59,204 nt of DNA from a virus (IMGVR_UViG_3300029448_000035:1-59204), one strand, 5' to 3'. Shown: positions 33,437-44,161, counted from the stretch's first letter. Notes: generated by a model from the sequence alone, not told the origin. Numbers and translations are program-made.

Positions 33437-36400
33437 ATGGACGAAAAGTACTTTAAAGTAGTAGACAAGATGGTTAGTCAGGGAAAATCCTCTGACTACA
33501 TTCTTCAGGTATTGAACATGCAGCAGGCTGGGGTTTCCGAGGGAGACCTCGCCGCGTACATGGAACTAAAAAAAAAAGATTCAGGGTCGGGCGGACAAGG
33601 TTCAACACCTGGACCTTCTACTGGATCCAGTTCGGTAGACGGAAATTCGGAATCTACTCTGGGGTTTTCTGAAGCCTTTCAGCTCTCTGGAGAGCAGGGG
33701 GTTAGGATGAACGAGGTGGTTCAGGAAAAAATAGAAGACGACCCCACTGGACCAAGCATTACTCCAGACGACCCCAGATTTGACGAAGCCAAAGAGAGGG
33801 CAGAAGAAGCAAAGAGGTCGGGGTCTCTAAACAGGACTACAGAAGAAAGGACTGGGCTTGATTACGAATCCTACTTTGAAGAAAGAAATCTAGAAGAAAA
33901 TGTCGTACTCAATGACATTTGGAACTGGACTGAGTCTAAGCTTAACGAGGTCATGCCTGAGACCTTCGATAAGCTTGTTAACAGCGGAGACCTTCAGCAA
34001 GAGGTCGCTAGAATAAAAGATAGGCCTGACCTTCAGATTGGACAAACCTTTATAGACTACGGAGAGGCGGACATGATTCGAGAGCCTGGTGCTCCGTTTC
34101 TTGTCCCCGACTCGGCCAATGCGCCTCAATTCTATGTAGATGCGGATTTTAGGGCGGACAAGGTTTCTGAACTAAGAAACTATTGGGTTCAGGAAAAAGC
34201 AAATCAGTTTCTCCAAACGGAGTTTAAGGATCAGGTAAAGGATTACGTAAAAGAAAAGCACCCCGATCTTTCAGAAGACGCCCTTGAAGCTCTTACTGAC
34301 AAGATGTACTATGACTTCGGCATCGATGTCGACCTCGACGACGACAACAAGATTAACGAACAACCATGGGTACAGGACTTCGTGAATAGCGCTGGATCGT
34401 CCACAAGAGACTTGTTTGTTGGGGCGGTTCAGCTTGTTGCTGGAGGCATTAACGAAGTCGCCAATATAAACGACAGGACAAGAGCAGCCAGAAACGCAAG
34501 ATTGATATCTGAGGCTGGGAATTTTGGACCAAGAAACACTACTGTGTTTACGGGTGACAAAGAAGGCATGCTTACCGCCTTTGGAAACGGAAACTACGGT
34601 GCAGGATTTTGGCAGCTTGGAACTGGTATCGGTGAGGTTATACCTCAGACTGCTGCTATCGTAGGGTCTACAATGGCTGGAATGCCCAACGTTGGACTTG
34701 GTCTTGTAGTTGCCGCTGGGGGTGGGGGCGCTTACGCTCAAGCCGCTCTTGATCCCAACTCAACAGGTTTTTCTAGACTCGCTTACGCGGGTAGCGCGAT
34801 GGGCATAGAGTTCGTTGGGGGTAGAATTCTGCAAGGAATCACTAAGGGTAGCTCCAAGTGGATGCTAGAGAACATATCAAGGCTTGAGAGAAGAGGGCTT
34901 AGCAGGCAGGTGCTTAACAGTGGAAGAAGGTCCTGGCTCCACCCTCAGGCTGTCAGGGGTGTGTCTAACGCAAGTCAGCTTAGGGGTAGTTCTTCTTGGT
35001 TTGCTCATTCTCGCGCACTACTAGATACATGGAAGGCAACCTCCATGAGGCTTGGAATGGGGTCTTCTACAGAGGCGGCAGAAGAGGGTATTGCTTATGC
35101 TTTTGACGAGTTGGTTTCAAAGCCCCTGATACTGGGGCAGGAGTCAGACTTCAACCTGATCGATCTGTTTGAGCAAAGTATTCTCGGAGGATTTGGAGGT
35201 GCCATGGCTGTAGGTGGGGGTTTCGCTCACGGAAACTCTGTGGCTGGAGCAAGAAGCAGGGCCAACGCCAACGCTTTAGACATAAGAAATCTGGAGAGAA
35301 GGGCTGATGAGCTTGAGGTTAAGGCTCAAGAGGCTATCAACGAAGCAGAGAAAAGGGGGTATCAGCGGATGGCCGACAGCAATAGACTGAGGGCTCATCG
35401 CATGACCGAGGCAAATGCTAGGTTCTACGACATGCTTCAACTGAGACACCCTCAGTTGTTTGAGGCCGTTCAGAAGTTGGATCAGGAGATCAATGCCATG
35501 TCCAACATGATTGATCAAAACCAGACTCCAGACACAAACGTAGACCTTGAGTCTGAACTCAACAAGGCTGTTCAGGAGAGACAAAAGCTGGTGAACAGCG
35601 TAGCCTCTGAGACCGTCACCCTGACCGATCAGGAAAACGAAACAAAGTTTGATGCCGCTGCAGAGGCACAGATGAGTCAGCTTGACTTGGATGTCGCTCA
35701 GGTTGAGGCCGCAGCAGACGACATGATGAGTAGGATGCAGCGAGGAGAAACTACTTCTGACGCTGTTGATCAAGCATTTAAAGTTGCAGAGCAGGCAAGG
35801 CAGAAGAGGTCTGAGGTCAAGGCTCTTATCGAACAGCACAACGAAATAAAGGAGCAGCTGAAGCAAGAGGACGTAGATCCAGAGGTTGCTGCGGACCTTC
35901 AAAATCAGCAAGAAGACATTAGGCAGGAGCTTTCTCAAAAGACTGGGGTTGCGGCGGAGGCCTTTGGGTCTGTGTCAGAAGCAGAGACTCAGATCGAAGG
36001 GGAGGCACGACTTACTCAAGAGTGGTTGGACGGAACCATACAGGGCCTAGAGAACTCCTCCCTTTCTTCCGATAGGGTTAGAGAGATACTCGATGGGGAG
36101 GGTGACTTCGCCATGCTTACTGCGGAGAACCCCAACGCAAAAACTGTAAGTGAGGGCAAGAACATTCAGTTCAACAGGATGGCTCTGAGGTGGCTTGTAA
36201 GCAGAGGGTACGAAGGGAAGATTCATCGTATCGTAGGTAAGTACGATGCGGGGGAGAACAGCTTCCTTGTGGAGGATATGACCATTGAGGATTCTATTGA
36301 GTTCGCCAAGAAGTTTGGTCAAGAGAGCGTAGCTCACAGGACGGGTCTTGTGCAGGCTGACGGCTCCATCAACCTGTTCGAGGGTAAGCCCGTATATCAC

Positions 36401-39400
36401 GAGACCAACCCAGACAACTTCTTCTCGGTCATCAAAGACACTGAAGGGAACCAGACCTCGTTCTCGTTTATTCCTTCTGACCAGTACATGGATGCTGACG
36501 GCAACACCATTACTGGAGAGGAGTACACCGAAAGGTCCAAGCAAAACGCTAGGGACTTTTCTGACATCGAGGCTGCCATTCAGGAGAATCCAGTGCAGGA
36601 AGAAGGGCAGACTGAGCAAAAGGAGGGTGTAAATGCGGCTGAAGATGGATACGTCACGGTTCGCACAAACTCAGATGGATCCTCTGCTGTAGTTGCGGGA
36701 CAAAACGGAGTCGAGACTGCGGCTGAAGCCAAGGCTATAAACAACCTCACCAAACTGGTCAAGGCTCTGTTCGGGGACAATGTGGAAGTTAGGATCTACC
36801 AGAGTCAAGATGCGGCAGACGCTGTCGAGGCTGGCTCTTGGGGTGGCCTATTCACAAAGTCAGACGGTAAGAGGGTGATACACATAAACCCTCAGGCGAT
36901 TAGAGATAACGCAAGGCTGGAAGGTGAGCAGTTCAGAGGAGCCCTTAGGGAGAAATCCTTTAAGGAAACTCTCCAAGAGGAGGTTATGCACTCCGTCATA
37001 GGTGCAAGCCTATTTAACCTCTACATGAAGTCCCCCAGGCTGGCCTCCAGGATGGAGAGCCTAGTCATGAAGCTTGCCGAAAAGGAGAACCTTGATGATG
37101 GAAGCCTTGGACTGAGAGAGAGAGTTGAGTCGAAGAAAGCTCAGTATGGGAGAGGAGCAATTACTCAGAAACAAAAGGCGGAGGTATTTGAAGAGACTGT
37201 CATTGAGTTTCTCTCTGCGTACGCGGCTAACCCAGACAGGTTCCAATTCTCTCAAGTAGACAAGTTCAGGATTGCACTGAACAAGATGCTTGTCGACCTG
37301 TACGGAGCTATGGGTAAGACGTTCCAGATTGATAGCGTCGATACCCTCTTGGAAATTGGAAAGAAGTTCTCTGCAGCTCAAGAAAGAGGTGAGACCTTTA
37401 GGTTCGATGTCGAGGAAGCTGGGGATCAGAGAGCGTCAGAAAGAATATCCCCCACCCGAATCCCGACGAACGAGAACGGCAAGATTACTGTCAAGATGAA
37501 GGAGACGTTCTATAGGTACGACATAGGATTCAAGAAGGACATTGGTAGTGAAGAGATCACTAGGGAGTTTAACGATGTATGGCACTTCATAAACTGGTGG
37601 AAGAAGTCCACCAAAATGGGTGAGGATCAACACTTCTTTTCATTCGAAACCACAGACGGAACCCCAATCGACGTCGAAAGAATCAAAAACTACAAGTCTA
37701 GAAGAAGTGATCGAATAACGTCTGTTGAGTCATCAAAGCAAATTAACAGCATGATCTCCGATGCTGTGTCTCAGAAGATCATATCCCCTGTGGTTGCCGC
37801 TAGGATTCGCAACAAGATAAAAAGGACTCTTAACAAGATGTCCGTTATGGAAAGAAACAACAGGGTTAACTCTGACAGATATAAGAGGGAGGTTGCGCTC
37901 GTAAGAAGATTTGAGGAAAATACTGAGCAGCTAATACAGAAAGAAGCGAGAGCAAAAGGAAAAGAGTTTATTAGGGGCGGAATGGATGACGTGTCCAGAG
38001 CCTCTCACTACCTAAGGCTTGACCTAATGGGTCGGCTTGGCGCTGATGAGTACATGACCCGCAGGGCCAAGATAAAAGACTCTATACAGAGCTTGACTGG
38101 AATCAATCTGAACAGAGTAAAGAATAAGCTTGAGGAGGAAATACTTATTCGTCAGGCAATCATGAACATGCCTGAACACGTTCCCCCTGGCTACTCTGCT
38201 GGTGAGTTTGGGAGGTACAATGACTTAGAGTCCGTTAATGCCTCTTCTAAATTGGCTGACCTTGCCATGTACTACACGGGAGAAAGGTCTTCGGAGGTAA
38301 TAAAAGAAGTTTTTGAAGGAGAGAACCCGATTAAGTTTTTTGAAAACTACCATGAGGCAGCGACTACTAGAGTAAAAGAACTGATTGAAAGTGGCCGCCT
38401 TGACGGCACTGTTCAGGATAACATGATGAGACTTCACTTCATCATGGCATTTACTTCTGCTCAAAATAGGGCCAACCCGAATGTAGAGGTTGCCATGCAA
38501 ATCCTTGAACTGGCGAACAAAGACAAGGGTAGAAGAGGGGCGCACCTGATTCTGCCTCAGGCTATGATCGACTCCATGAAAAAGAGGGGGACGTTTCCTG
38601 GATTTGACAAAAAGAACTTGATTCCAGGTCACACTCTCTTAGGTGCCAGAAACTCGTTCGACAAGCTTAACGCTCTGATACAGGGGGACTTGAGTGCGTA
38701 TAGCAACAAGCAGATACCAGCAACCGTAAAAGACGCTCTCGTTAGAGCAACTGGAACCAGAGGAAACTTTATTGATGACAACGGAAACGTTATGTGGGAT
38801 TCCGTTATGAAGTTTCTTTTGTCTCCTTACGAGGGCTCTAGAGTTAGAAAAACTGGAACTGTAATGGCTCAGGAGTTGTTCTCTGCGAAGCTGGGTGCGT
38901 GGGCGCTTAACCTATCTCAGTACAGCATGCCCGATCTAAGTGTCGCGGATACAAAGCTTTCAGACGTCCTCACTATAGACAGTCACGTCATGAGAACTAT
39001 GTCCATGCTGTTGGGGAGTAATTACGGATTGGACATTGAAATGCAGATTGAAGCCAACATAGAAAAGCTGGCTGGATGGCTTGTTGAAAACCTGCCCACT
39101 CAAGGTGAATTCGGAAAGAGAAGAAGGTCTTTGAAGAGCAATATGTCTTCATATGGTAGGATATACACCACCTTTCCTGTTTCTGACATTGCGAAAAGAA
39201 CAGGTGTTGCTGCCATAGACATTGCTAGAGACTATTTGTCTACGATCTCAGACGCAGACACAGCAACAAAGCTTGAGGGCTTGCTTTCTGAAGCCATTAA
39301 CCCAACTACAAAGTTCTATGCAGACGATCTTACGAGAACTAGGCAGTTGGTTACAGCTGTTTCCGATGGCGAAATGACACCATCTCAGTTTGGTCAGCTC

Positions 39401-42400
39401 TTGTTTGCAGATAGTCAGGTTTCCACGGCAGAGATACTGAAGGGTAAGGCTCTAACCAGCAAGTACGAGACATATGCGTCCGCTATAAAGGCTTTGCCAA
39501 AAGACGAGGTCAGAGCATCTTCAAGGCTTACTCGACCCCTTTCAAACGGAGACGCTACTGAGTCTCCACTATACAGGCAGAGAACCCTTGATGAGGCTTC
39601 GAAAGTGCGCCCCAACCTCACTATTGATGACGAGGCCGTAATGGAGGCCTTGAGTACAGACGCAACCTCAAGGAGAATCATGGCTAAGGATTCTCAAATA
39701 TCTGAAGGTCAGAAGGTTGGTGTTAGGCTCAACCTCAACGTAATGAAGAACACAGGGGTTCCCGTTCAGACCATGCATGACAAGACCGCATCGGGGGAGG
39801 CGCTTAGGTACGCTGCTGCCGTTACGGTGAAGAACCCTACACTGTATGTCAACCAGAACGCAAGGAGAAAGATCCTTACCTTCCAGGAAAACAAGTTCCC
39901 GATGGCTAGTGTCAACGGGGAGTTCCTCACTGACAAGTTGAATCAAACAGATTTCAACGGTGTGAAAGCATTCTTCAATCCCTTTAAGCACAACGTGTTT
40001 GTAGACGCTTCTGGAAGACCGATTAAGTCTGCTGATGAGGCTACGATTATAGGTAGCGTAGTCTACCTCAGGGGAAACATTGAGTACTACGACTTCAACG
40101 ACCCTATTCTTTTTGAAGGTAGGACTGAGACGGAAGCTCAGAAAGAGAAGAGAACCAAGAGAGGCCCCAAGTATGACAGGGCGCTCAAGCGGTTCGCTGC
40201 ATACTCTAGTAGAATGGGGGTAGAGTTCACCAATCAGGAGGACTTGATGGAGGCATACGACAACATGCCTATCGCCTCTCAAGTTGCGATGAGCGAAAGC
40301 GAAGTCGTAGACAACATGGAGGAGGCTCAGAAGAGGGCAAGCGTCAGGCTCAGGCTTAGGCAGACGGCTGGTCGTGCATCTAGAACGTACCAAGGTGAGA
40401 CCAGAAAAACCATCCTCAACAATCCAAACAACTACTTTACACCTCAGGTCCTCAAGCAGCTCAAGCAACAGCTGGGGAACAAGACAGATGCGGAGCTGAT
40501 CGACATCATGACTGATGACGGTCTTGGTAGGCTGTCTCAGCGCAACGACGACTTGGGTGTTTTGGCTGCAGCAGAGATGATCAACAGGGCTGTTGCGAAT
40601 GGTGACATGGACGCTATACCAGACCTCATCGAGGAGGCAGCTGCCATGGGTACTACAGCTGGTAGGATACTGCGACACCTCAGGGAACTCAGGGGAAGCA
40701 CACCCAGGGGGATTGAGATGGTCATCCTGAAGGAGGTTGAAAGAAGAGGCAACTCCCTGTCGGACGAACAGAAGTCCAGACTCCAAAAGATGGCGGCTGA
40801 GATATTCAGGCTGGGAGCAGAGCACGAGGAGCTCATGAAGCGAGCTATCGCTGGAGAGGATTTAGAGGCTGAGCTGAAAGCTAAGACAAAAGAATACAAA
40901 GAGGCTGAGAAAAATCTAGAGACATTCGCTAACGCAGTGATCGAAAGAGGTTGGGGGCAGATCGGAGGATTGCTGATACAGGGTAATCTTCTTACTCCTA
41001 TGTCTCAGATAACCAACGTGGGGGCGAACATGGTCAACGCATTGGGCAAGGTAGCGGTGGACGCATTGGCTCTCCCGATAGAAAGGCTAGTCAATGTCCT
41101 TGGCATAGACTCCCCGATGAAAAGAAACTACTCTATCAACGCCTACATACATGGTATGAGAAGGTTTGGGGTGGGATTCATGGAGGCTATAGACCAAATT
41201 AAAACTGGTCAGGAGGCTGATGTAACGGAGTGGAGAATGGCTAGGGGCTTTGCTCCATTCAGGTCGCTTATGTCCGCTATGGGTAAAGGAGACTTGCCGC
41301 TTGGTCCTGATGGTAAGGTTTCTCTGAACACTCGCGCTAAGCTGTTTGTTCAGGGTACTCTCGGTATTCCTGCTGAGATCATGTTCCGATTCCTGTCTCT
41401 CGGTGACACTCCATTTAGGAGGTATGTCGAGGGCATTGAGCTGTATCAAATAGGTAGGAATCAGGGTCTTGAGGGTGAGGCACTGAAGAACTTCTTGAAG
41501 TTTCCGACCAAGCAGGCCATGGAGATGGCAGAGGCGGAAGGAAAGAAGCTCACCTACCAAGAGGAGACCATTGCATCGAGGACGGCAGATGACTTTGTGA
41601 AATTTGTGGAGAGGATGACGGCTAGATTCTTCGATTGGATTCCAGGGACCGATGGTAACGCTATAGCTAGATTCTTGATTAGGTCTAACATTCCTTACAG
41701 AAGGACCCCAGCAAACATCTTGTACGACACCCTGACGTTCGCTACACCCTATGTGGCTATCCCAAGAATGATGTCAGAGCTTAGAAATGGTGACGCTCGT
41801 AGCGCATCACAAACCTTGGCTAAGTCCATGATCGGCGGAATGGCTACGCAGGTTACGCTAATGATGATCAGGGAAGGTCTCATATCTGGTGCCATCGAAT
41901 GGAATGAGGATGAGGAGAGAAACATGGCTTACGACCAGTTCCCCCCGAACAGCATCAACATAAGCGCCCTTAACAGGTGGATCAACGGAGAGTCTACAGC
42001 TAAACAGGAGGACGACTACTTCATCTCCTACATGAAGCTCGGAATCATAGGCACCGTGATGGGAAGTGTTGTGAAGGGTGTAGACAGAGGGGAGTTGAAG
42101 AAGAGAGACTACAGTGGAGACAAGTGGGCGTCTCATGTTGTGCAAGACGCATTCGGAATACAGGCGTTTAGTTCCATCGCCCACATGATGGATCAGAGCT
42201 TTGTTCAAGGAATGAACAACTTCATACAAGTGATCTCTACTGGAGACGAAAGGACTTGGGAGAACTGGCTGGGCACTACGTTCCAAGCTATGTCTGCAAC
42301 GGTCCTTCCGAACACCATGACTGCTTTCTACAGGGCAGAGAGGGATTACCTTCCTGACAGCAGGATAACAAAAGACATGGGATTTGCAGAGAGGATCCTG

Positions 42401-42994
42401 AAGAAGTTTGAGTACACGATTAAGTCCAGAACGTTTGGCCTCGGCGAACTGCCCATCAGGAGAAACTGGAAGGGAGAAAAGATCGAGCAAACACCGAGAG
42501 GCACAAACGGTATAGCTTACCAGCTGTTCGACATCACCAAGGCTAGACAAGGTGAAGCTGATGCAGTGTCCAACGAAATCTGGAGGCTGTACGAGCAGAC
42601 AGAGGACCTGACACAGGCGTGTGGAACCCCTGGGTACGCGCAGAAGAGAAAGATCAACGTGCCTAACATAAGAAAGAAGCATCTCAAGATGCTTGAAGAA
42701 GAGGGTCTGGAGTATACGTGGGTAAACGACGAGGAGTTCATGGCTGATGCGCTGTACCTAAACACCAATGACCTCAACAGACTGATGGAGGCTTCAGGTA
42801 AGGAGAGGTACATGGAGATAGAAAAATTGATGGCTACGGAGGAGTACAACGCAATGGATGACTTCGAGAAGGTTGAAGCTCTCAACGATCTAAACGGAGG
42901 GTTCAACGGTGCCGTCGAGATAAACAACGGGCAGTTTAGGAATCACACCACGGTCCTGTTCGATATCATGCAAGAGAAGTATGAGCAGAGATAA
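33437..42994 (+). CDS. giant polyvalent internal virion protein (3185 aa)
   Basis: Gly-rich hydrophobic helices, coiled coil, DUF3293-like, zincin-like and HhH-glycosylase-like segments, helical C-terminus. Confidence 0.8.
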   Translation: MDEKYFKVVDKMVSQGKSSDYILQVLNMQQAGVSEGDLAAYMELKKKDSGSGGQGSTPGPSTGSSSVDGNSESTLGFSEAFQLSGEQGVRMNEVVQEKIEDDPTGPSITPDDPRFDEAKERAEEAKRSGSLNRTTEERTGLDYESYFEERNLEENVVLNDIWNWTESKLNEVMPETFDKLVNSGDLQQEVARIKDRPDLQIGQTFIDYGEADMIREPGAPFLVPDSANAPQFYVDADFRADKVSELRNYWVQEKANQFLQTEFKDQVKDYVKEKHPDLSEDALEALTDKMYYDFGIDVDLDDDNKINEQPWVQDFVNSAGSSTRDLFVGAVQLVAGGINEVANINDRTRAARNARLISEAGNFGPRNTTVFTGDKEGMLTAFGNGNYGAGFWQLGTGIGEVIPQTAAIVGSTMAGMPNVGLGLVVAAGGGGAYAQAALDPNSTGFSRLAYAGSAMGIEFVGGRILQGITKGSSKWMLENISRLERRGLSRQVLNSGRRSWLHPQAVRGVSNASQLRGSSSWFAHSRALLDTWKATSMRLGMGSSTEAAEEGIAYAFDELVSKPLILGQESDFNLIDLFEQSILGGFGGAMAVGGGFAHGNSVAGARSRANANALDIRNLERRADELEVKAQEAINEAEKRGYQRMADSNRLRAHRMTEANARFYDMLQLRHPQLFEAVQKLDQEINAMSNMIDQNQTPDTNVDLESELNKAVQERQKLVNSVASETVTLTDQENETKFDAAAEAQMSQLDLDVAQVEAAADDMMSRMQRGETTSDAVDQAFKVAEQARQKRSEVKALIEQHNEIKEQLKQEDVDPEVAADLQNQQEDIRQELSQKTGVAAEAFGSVSEAETQIEGEARLTQEWLDGTIQGLENSSLSSDRVREILDGEGDFAMLTAENPNAKTVSEGKNIQFNRMALRWLVSRGYEGKIHRIVGKYDAGENSFLVEDMTIEDSIEFAKKFGQESVAHRTGLVQADGSINLFEGKPVYHETNPDNFFSVIKDTEGNQTSFSFIPSDQYMDADGNTITGEEYTERSKQNARDFSDIEAAIQENPVQEEGQTEQKEGVNAAEDGYVTVRTNSDGSSAVVAGQNGVETAAEAKAINNLTKLVKALFGDNVEVRIYQSQDAADAVEAGSWGGLFTKSDGKRVIHINPQAIRDNARLEGEQFRGALREKSFKETLQEEVMHSVIGASLFNLYMKSPRLASRMESLVMKLAEKENLDDGSLGLRERVESKKAQYGRGAITQKQKAEVFEETVIEFLSAYAANPDRFQFSQVDKFRIALNKMLVDLYGAMGKTFQIDSVDTLLEIGKKFSAAQERGETFRFDVEEAGDQRASERISPTRIPTNENGKITVKMKETFYRYDIGFKKDIGSEEITREFNDVWHFINWWKKSTKMGEDQHFFSFETTDGTPIDVERIKNYKSRRSDRITSVESSKQINSMISDAVSQKIISPVVAARIRNKIKRTLNKMSVMERNNRVNSDRYKREVALVRRFEENTEQLIQKEARAKGKEFIRGGMDDVSRASHYLRLDLMGRLGADEYMTRRAKIKDSIQSLTGINLNRVKNKLEEEILIRQAIMNMPEHVPPGYSAGEFGRYNDLESVNASSKLADLAMYYTGERSSEVIKEVFEGENPIKFFENYHEAATTRVKELIESGRLDGTVQDNMMRLHFIMAFTSAQNRANPNVEVAMQILELANKDKGRRGAHLILPQAMIDSMKKRGTFPGFDKKNLIPGHTLLGARNSFDKLNALIQGDLSAYSNKQIPATVKDALVRATGTRGNFIDDNGNVMWDSVMKFLLSPYEGSRVRKTGTVMAQELFSAKLGAWALNLSQYSMPDLSVADTKLSDVLTIDSHVMRTMSMLLGSNYGLDIEMQIEANIEKLAGWLVENLPTQGEFGKRRRSLKSNMSSYGRIYTTFPVSDIAKRTGVAAIDIARDYLSTISDADTATKLEGLLSEAINPTTKFYADDLTRTRQLVTAVSDGEMTPSQFGQLLFADSQVSTAEILKGKALTSKYETYASAIKALPKDEVRASSRLTRPLSNGDATESPLYRQRTLDEASKVRPNLTIDDEAVMEALSTDATSRRIMAKDSQISEGQKVGVRLNLNVMKNTGVPVQTMHDKTASGEALRYAAAVTVKNPTLYVNQNARRKILTFQENKFPMASVNGEFLTDKLNQTDFNGVKAFFNPFKHNVFVDASGRPIKSADEATIIGSVVYLRGNIEYYDFNDPILFEGRTETEAQKEKRTKRGPKYDRALKRFAAYSSRMGVEFTNQEDLMEAYDNMPIASQVAMSESEVVDNMEEAQKRASVRLRLRQTAGRASRTYQGETRKTILNNPNNYFTPQVLKQLKQQLGNKTDAELIDIMTDDGLGRLSQRNDDLGVLAAAEMINRAVANGDMDAIPDLIEEAAAMGTTAGRILRHLRELRGSTPRGIEMVILKEVERRGNSLSDEQKSRLQKMAAEIFRLGAEHEELMKRAIAGEDLEAELKAKTKEYKEAEKNLETFANAVIERGWGQIGGLLIQGNLLTPMSQITNVGANMVNALGKVAVDALALPIERLVNVLGIDSPMKRNYSINAYIHGMRRFGVGFMEAIDQIKTGQEADVTEWRMARGFAPFRSLMSAMGKGDLPLGPDGKVSLNTRAKLFVQGTLGIPAEIMFRFLSLGDTPFRRYVEGIELYQIGRNQGLEGEALKNFLKFPTKQAMEMAEAEGKKLTYQEETIASRTADDFVKFVERMTARFFDWIPGTDGNAIARFLIRSNIPYRRTPANILYDTLTFATPYVAIPRMMSELRNGDARSASQTLAKSMIGGMATQVTLMMIREGLISGAIEWNEDEERNMAYDQFPPNSINISALNRWINGESTAKQEDDYFISYMKLGIIGTVMGSVVKGVDRGELKKRDYSGDKWASHVVQDAFGIQAFSSIAHMMDQSFVQGMNNFIQVISTGDERTWENWLGTTFQAMSATVLPNTMTAFYRAERDYLPDSRITKDMGFAERILKKFEYTIKSRTFGLGELPIRRNWKGEKIEQTPRGTNGIAYQLFDITKARQGEADAVSNEIWRLYEQTEDLTQACGTPGYAQKRKINVPNIRKKHLKMLEEEGLEYTWVNDEEFMADALYLNTNDLNRLMEASGKERYMEIEKLMATEEYNAMDDFEKVEALNDLNGGFNGAVEINNGQFRNHTTVLFDIMQEKYEQR

Positions 42995-43427
42995 AAAATT
43001 CAAGGACACCAAGGTTGGGAAGTGGGTGGCTGAAAAGCTTCCCGATGTGGCGGACACTCTCGGAGGCGTGCTTCCTGATCAGGGCGTACTCGGTATCGTC
43101 AAGCGAGTGGTCGCGGGTGACCCTGGATTATCGGCAGAGGACAAGATGGAGTTTGAAAGACTGGCCGCTGAAGAAGAGATGAACGCACAAGAGCAAGTGA
43201 CTAGAAGATGGGAGGCGGATGCAAAGGGTGACGTCAAGCTTGCTAAGTATATAAGGCCTGTCACGTTGATTACGCTGACTTTGTTCTTCATGATTATCAT
43301 GGTGTGGGATGGCCTTGATGTGACATTCATGCCCCCAGAGAACTACATAAACCTACTTGAAATTCTGATGCTTACCGTCTTCGGGGCGTATTTCGCGGGT
43401 AGGACGATAGAAAAGGTTAGAAAGTGA
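42981..43427 (+). CDS. holin (3TM, GTA-release type)
   Basis: VTRRWEAD...AKYIRP plus two TM helices and YFAGRTIEK. Confidence 0.75.
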   Translation: MSRDKKFKDTKVGKWVAEKLPDVADTLGGVLPDQGVLGIVKRVVAGDPGLSAEDKMEFERLAAEEEMNAQEQVTRRWEADAKGDVKLAKYIRPVTLITLTLFFMIIMVWDGLDVTFMPPENYINLLEILMLTVFGAYFAGRTIEKVRK

Positions 43428-44161
43428 AAACAATAATATTTGTAGCAGTAATTATGATTGGGCTTGGATTAGGATGTACTAGGTTTCAAAAACCAATATC
43501 GACGCTAGAGCCGTACAGTTTCACGTTTGACTTCACGTCTGCACCAGACCCATTGAATTCTGGCGGAGACGGAGACGATTGGTTGTTTGCAGCTGATAAT
43601 GGGGTTGGGTTTACTTCAGGAGCTCAAGTCTACAACACCTCTTACAACCAAGAGGTTGGTGGTAGGGTCGGTGTGGTGAAGTACACGCGCATACCTGGAA
43701 GCCCTGAAAGAGGTGGACTGTGGTACGCTACCGCTCCTGAAGCTCATACAGGTGAATCATGGTATAAGGAGCTAGGAAGAGTCAATAGCTTCCCAGACAA
43801 CTATAAGGATTACTCAACGTGGAGGTTAAGAACAGATATCTATCTATCTGGTCTCAATGAAGCCGCTTCTACTTTTCGGTCGGGAGGTCTTCGTGCGGGT
43901 CTTGGGATTTTTGGGTCCCAAGACTACATAAGATTCGTTGAGGACGGACTAAGCCCCTCTTCTTACGACATTGTAGAAGATCAATGGGTGACATGGGATA
44001 CTGGGGAACAGACTCTAGATCCTAGTACGTTTCAGTTCCCTCCTGAAGGTAACTGGTTTAGACTATACATCGACAGGCGATCAGGCGAAGATGAATTCAT
44101 TTTTAACACTGATCAATCTGTCATAGCCCTTGACAACTTTACAATAAGCTTTACACCATAA
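43424..44161 (+). CDS. beta-sandwich protein; lipoprotein or MIGLG-start virion protein
   Basis: GTG start gives signal peptide with LGLGC lipobox; ATG 43454 gives MIGLGLG like gene 1870. Confidence 0.6.
   Translation: MKTIIFVAVIMIGLGLGCTRFQKPISTLEPYSFTFDFTSAPDPLNSGGDGDDWLFAADNGVGFTSGAQVYNTSYNQEVGGRVGVVKYTRIPGSPERGGLWYATAPEAHTGESWYKELGRVNSFPDNYKDYSTWRLRTDIYLSGLNEAASTFRSGGLRAGLGIFGSQDYIRFVEDGLSPSSYDIVEDQWVTWDTGEQTLDPSTFQFPPEGNWFRLYIDRRSGEDEFIFNTDQSVIALDNFTISFTP

Noticed and set aside
34325-34339. DVDLD as a crAss-type virion RNA polymerase DxDxD motif
   Set aside because: Sits in an acidic patch near the N-terminus with no double-psi barrel context; host-type promoters are used throughout
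39668-40825. Long antisense ORFs (also 12217, 21651, 35276, 41858, 44926, 48118)
   Set aside because: Shadows of well-supported genes with no motifs or start signals
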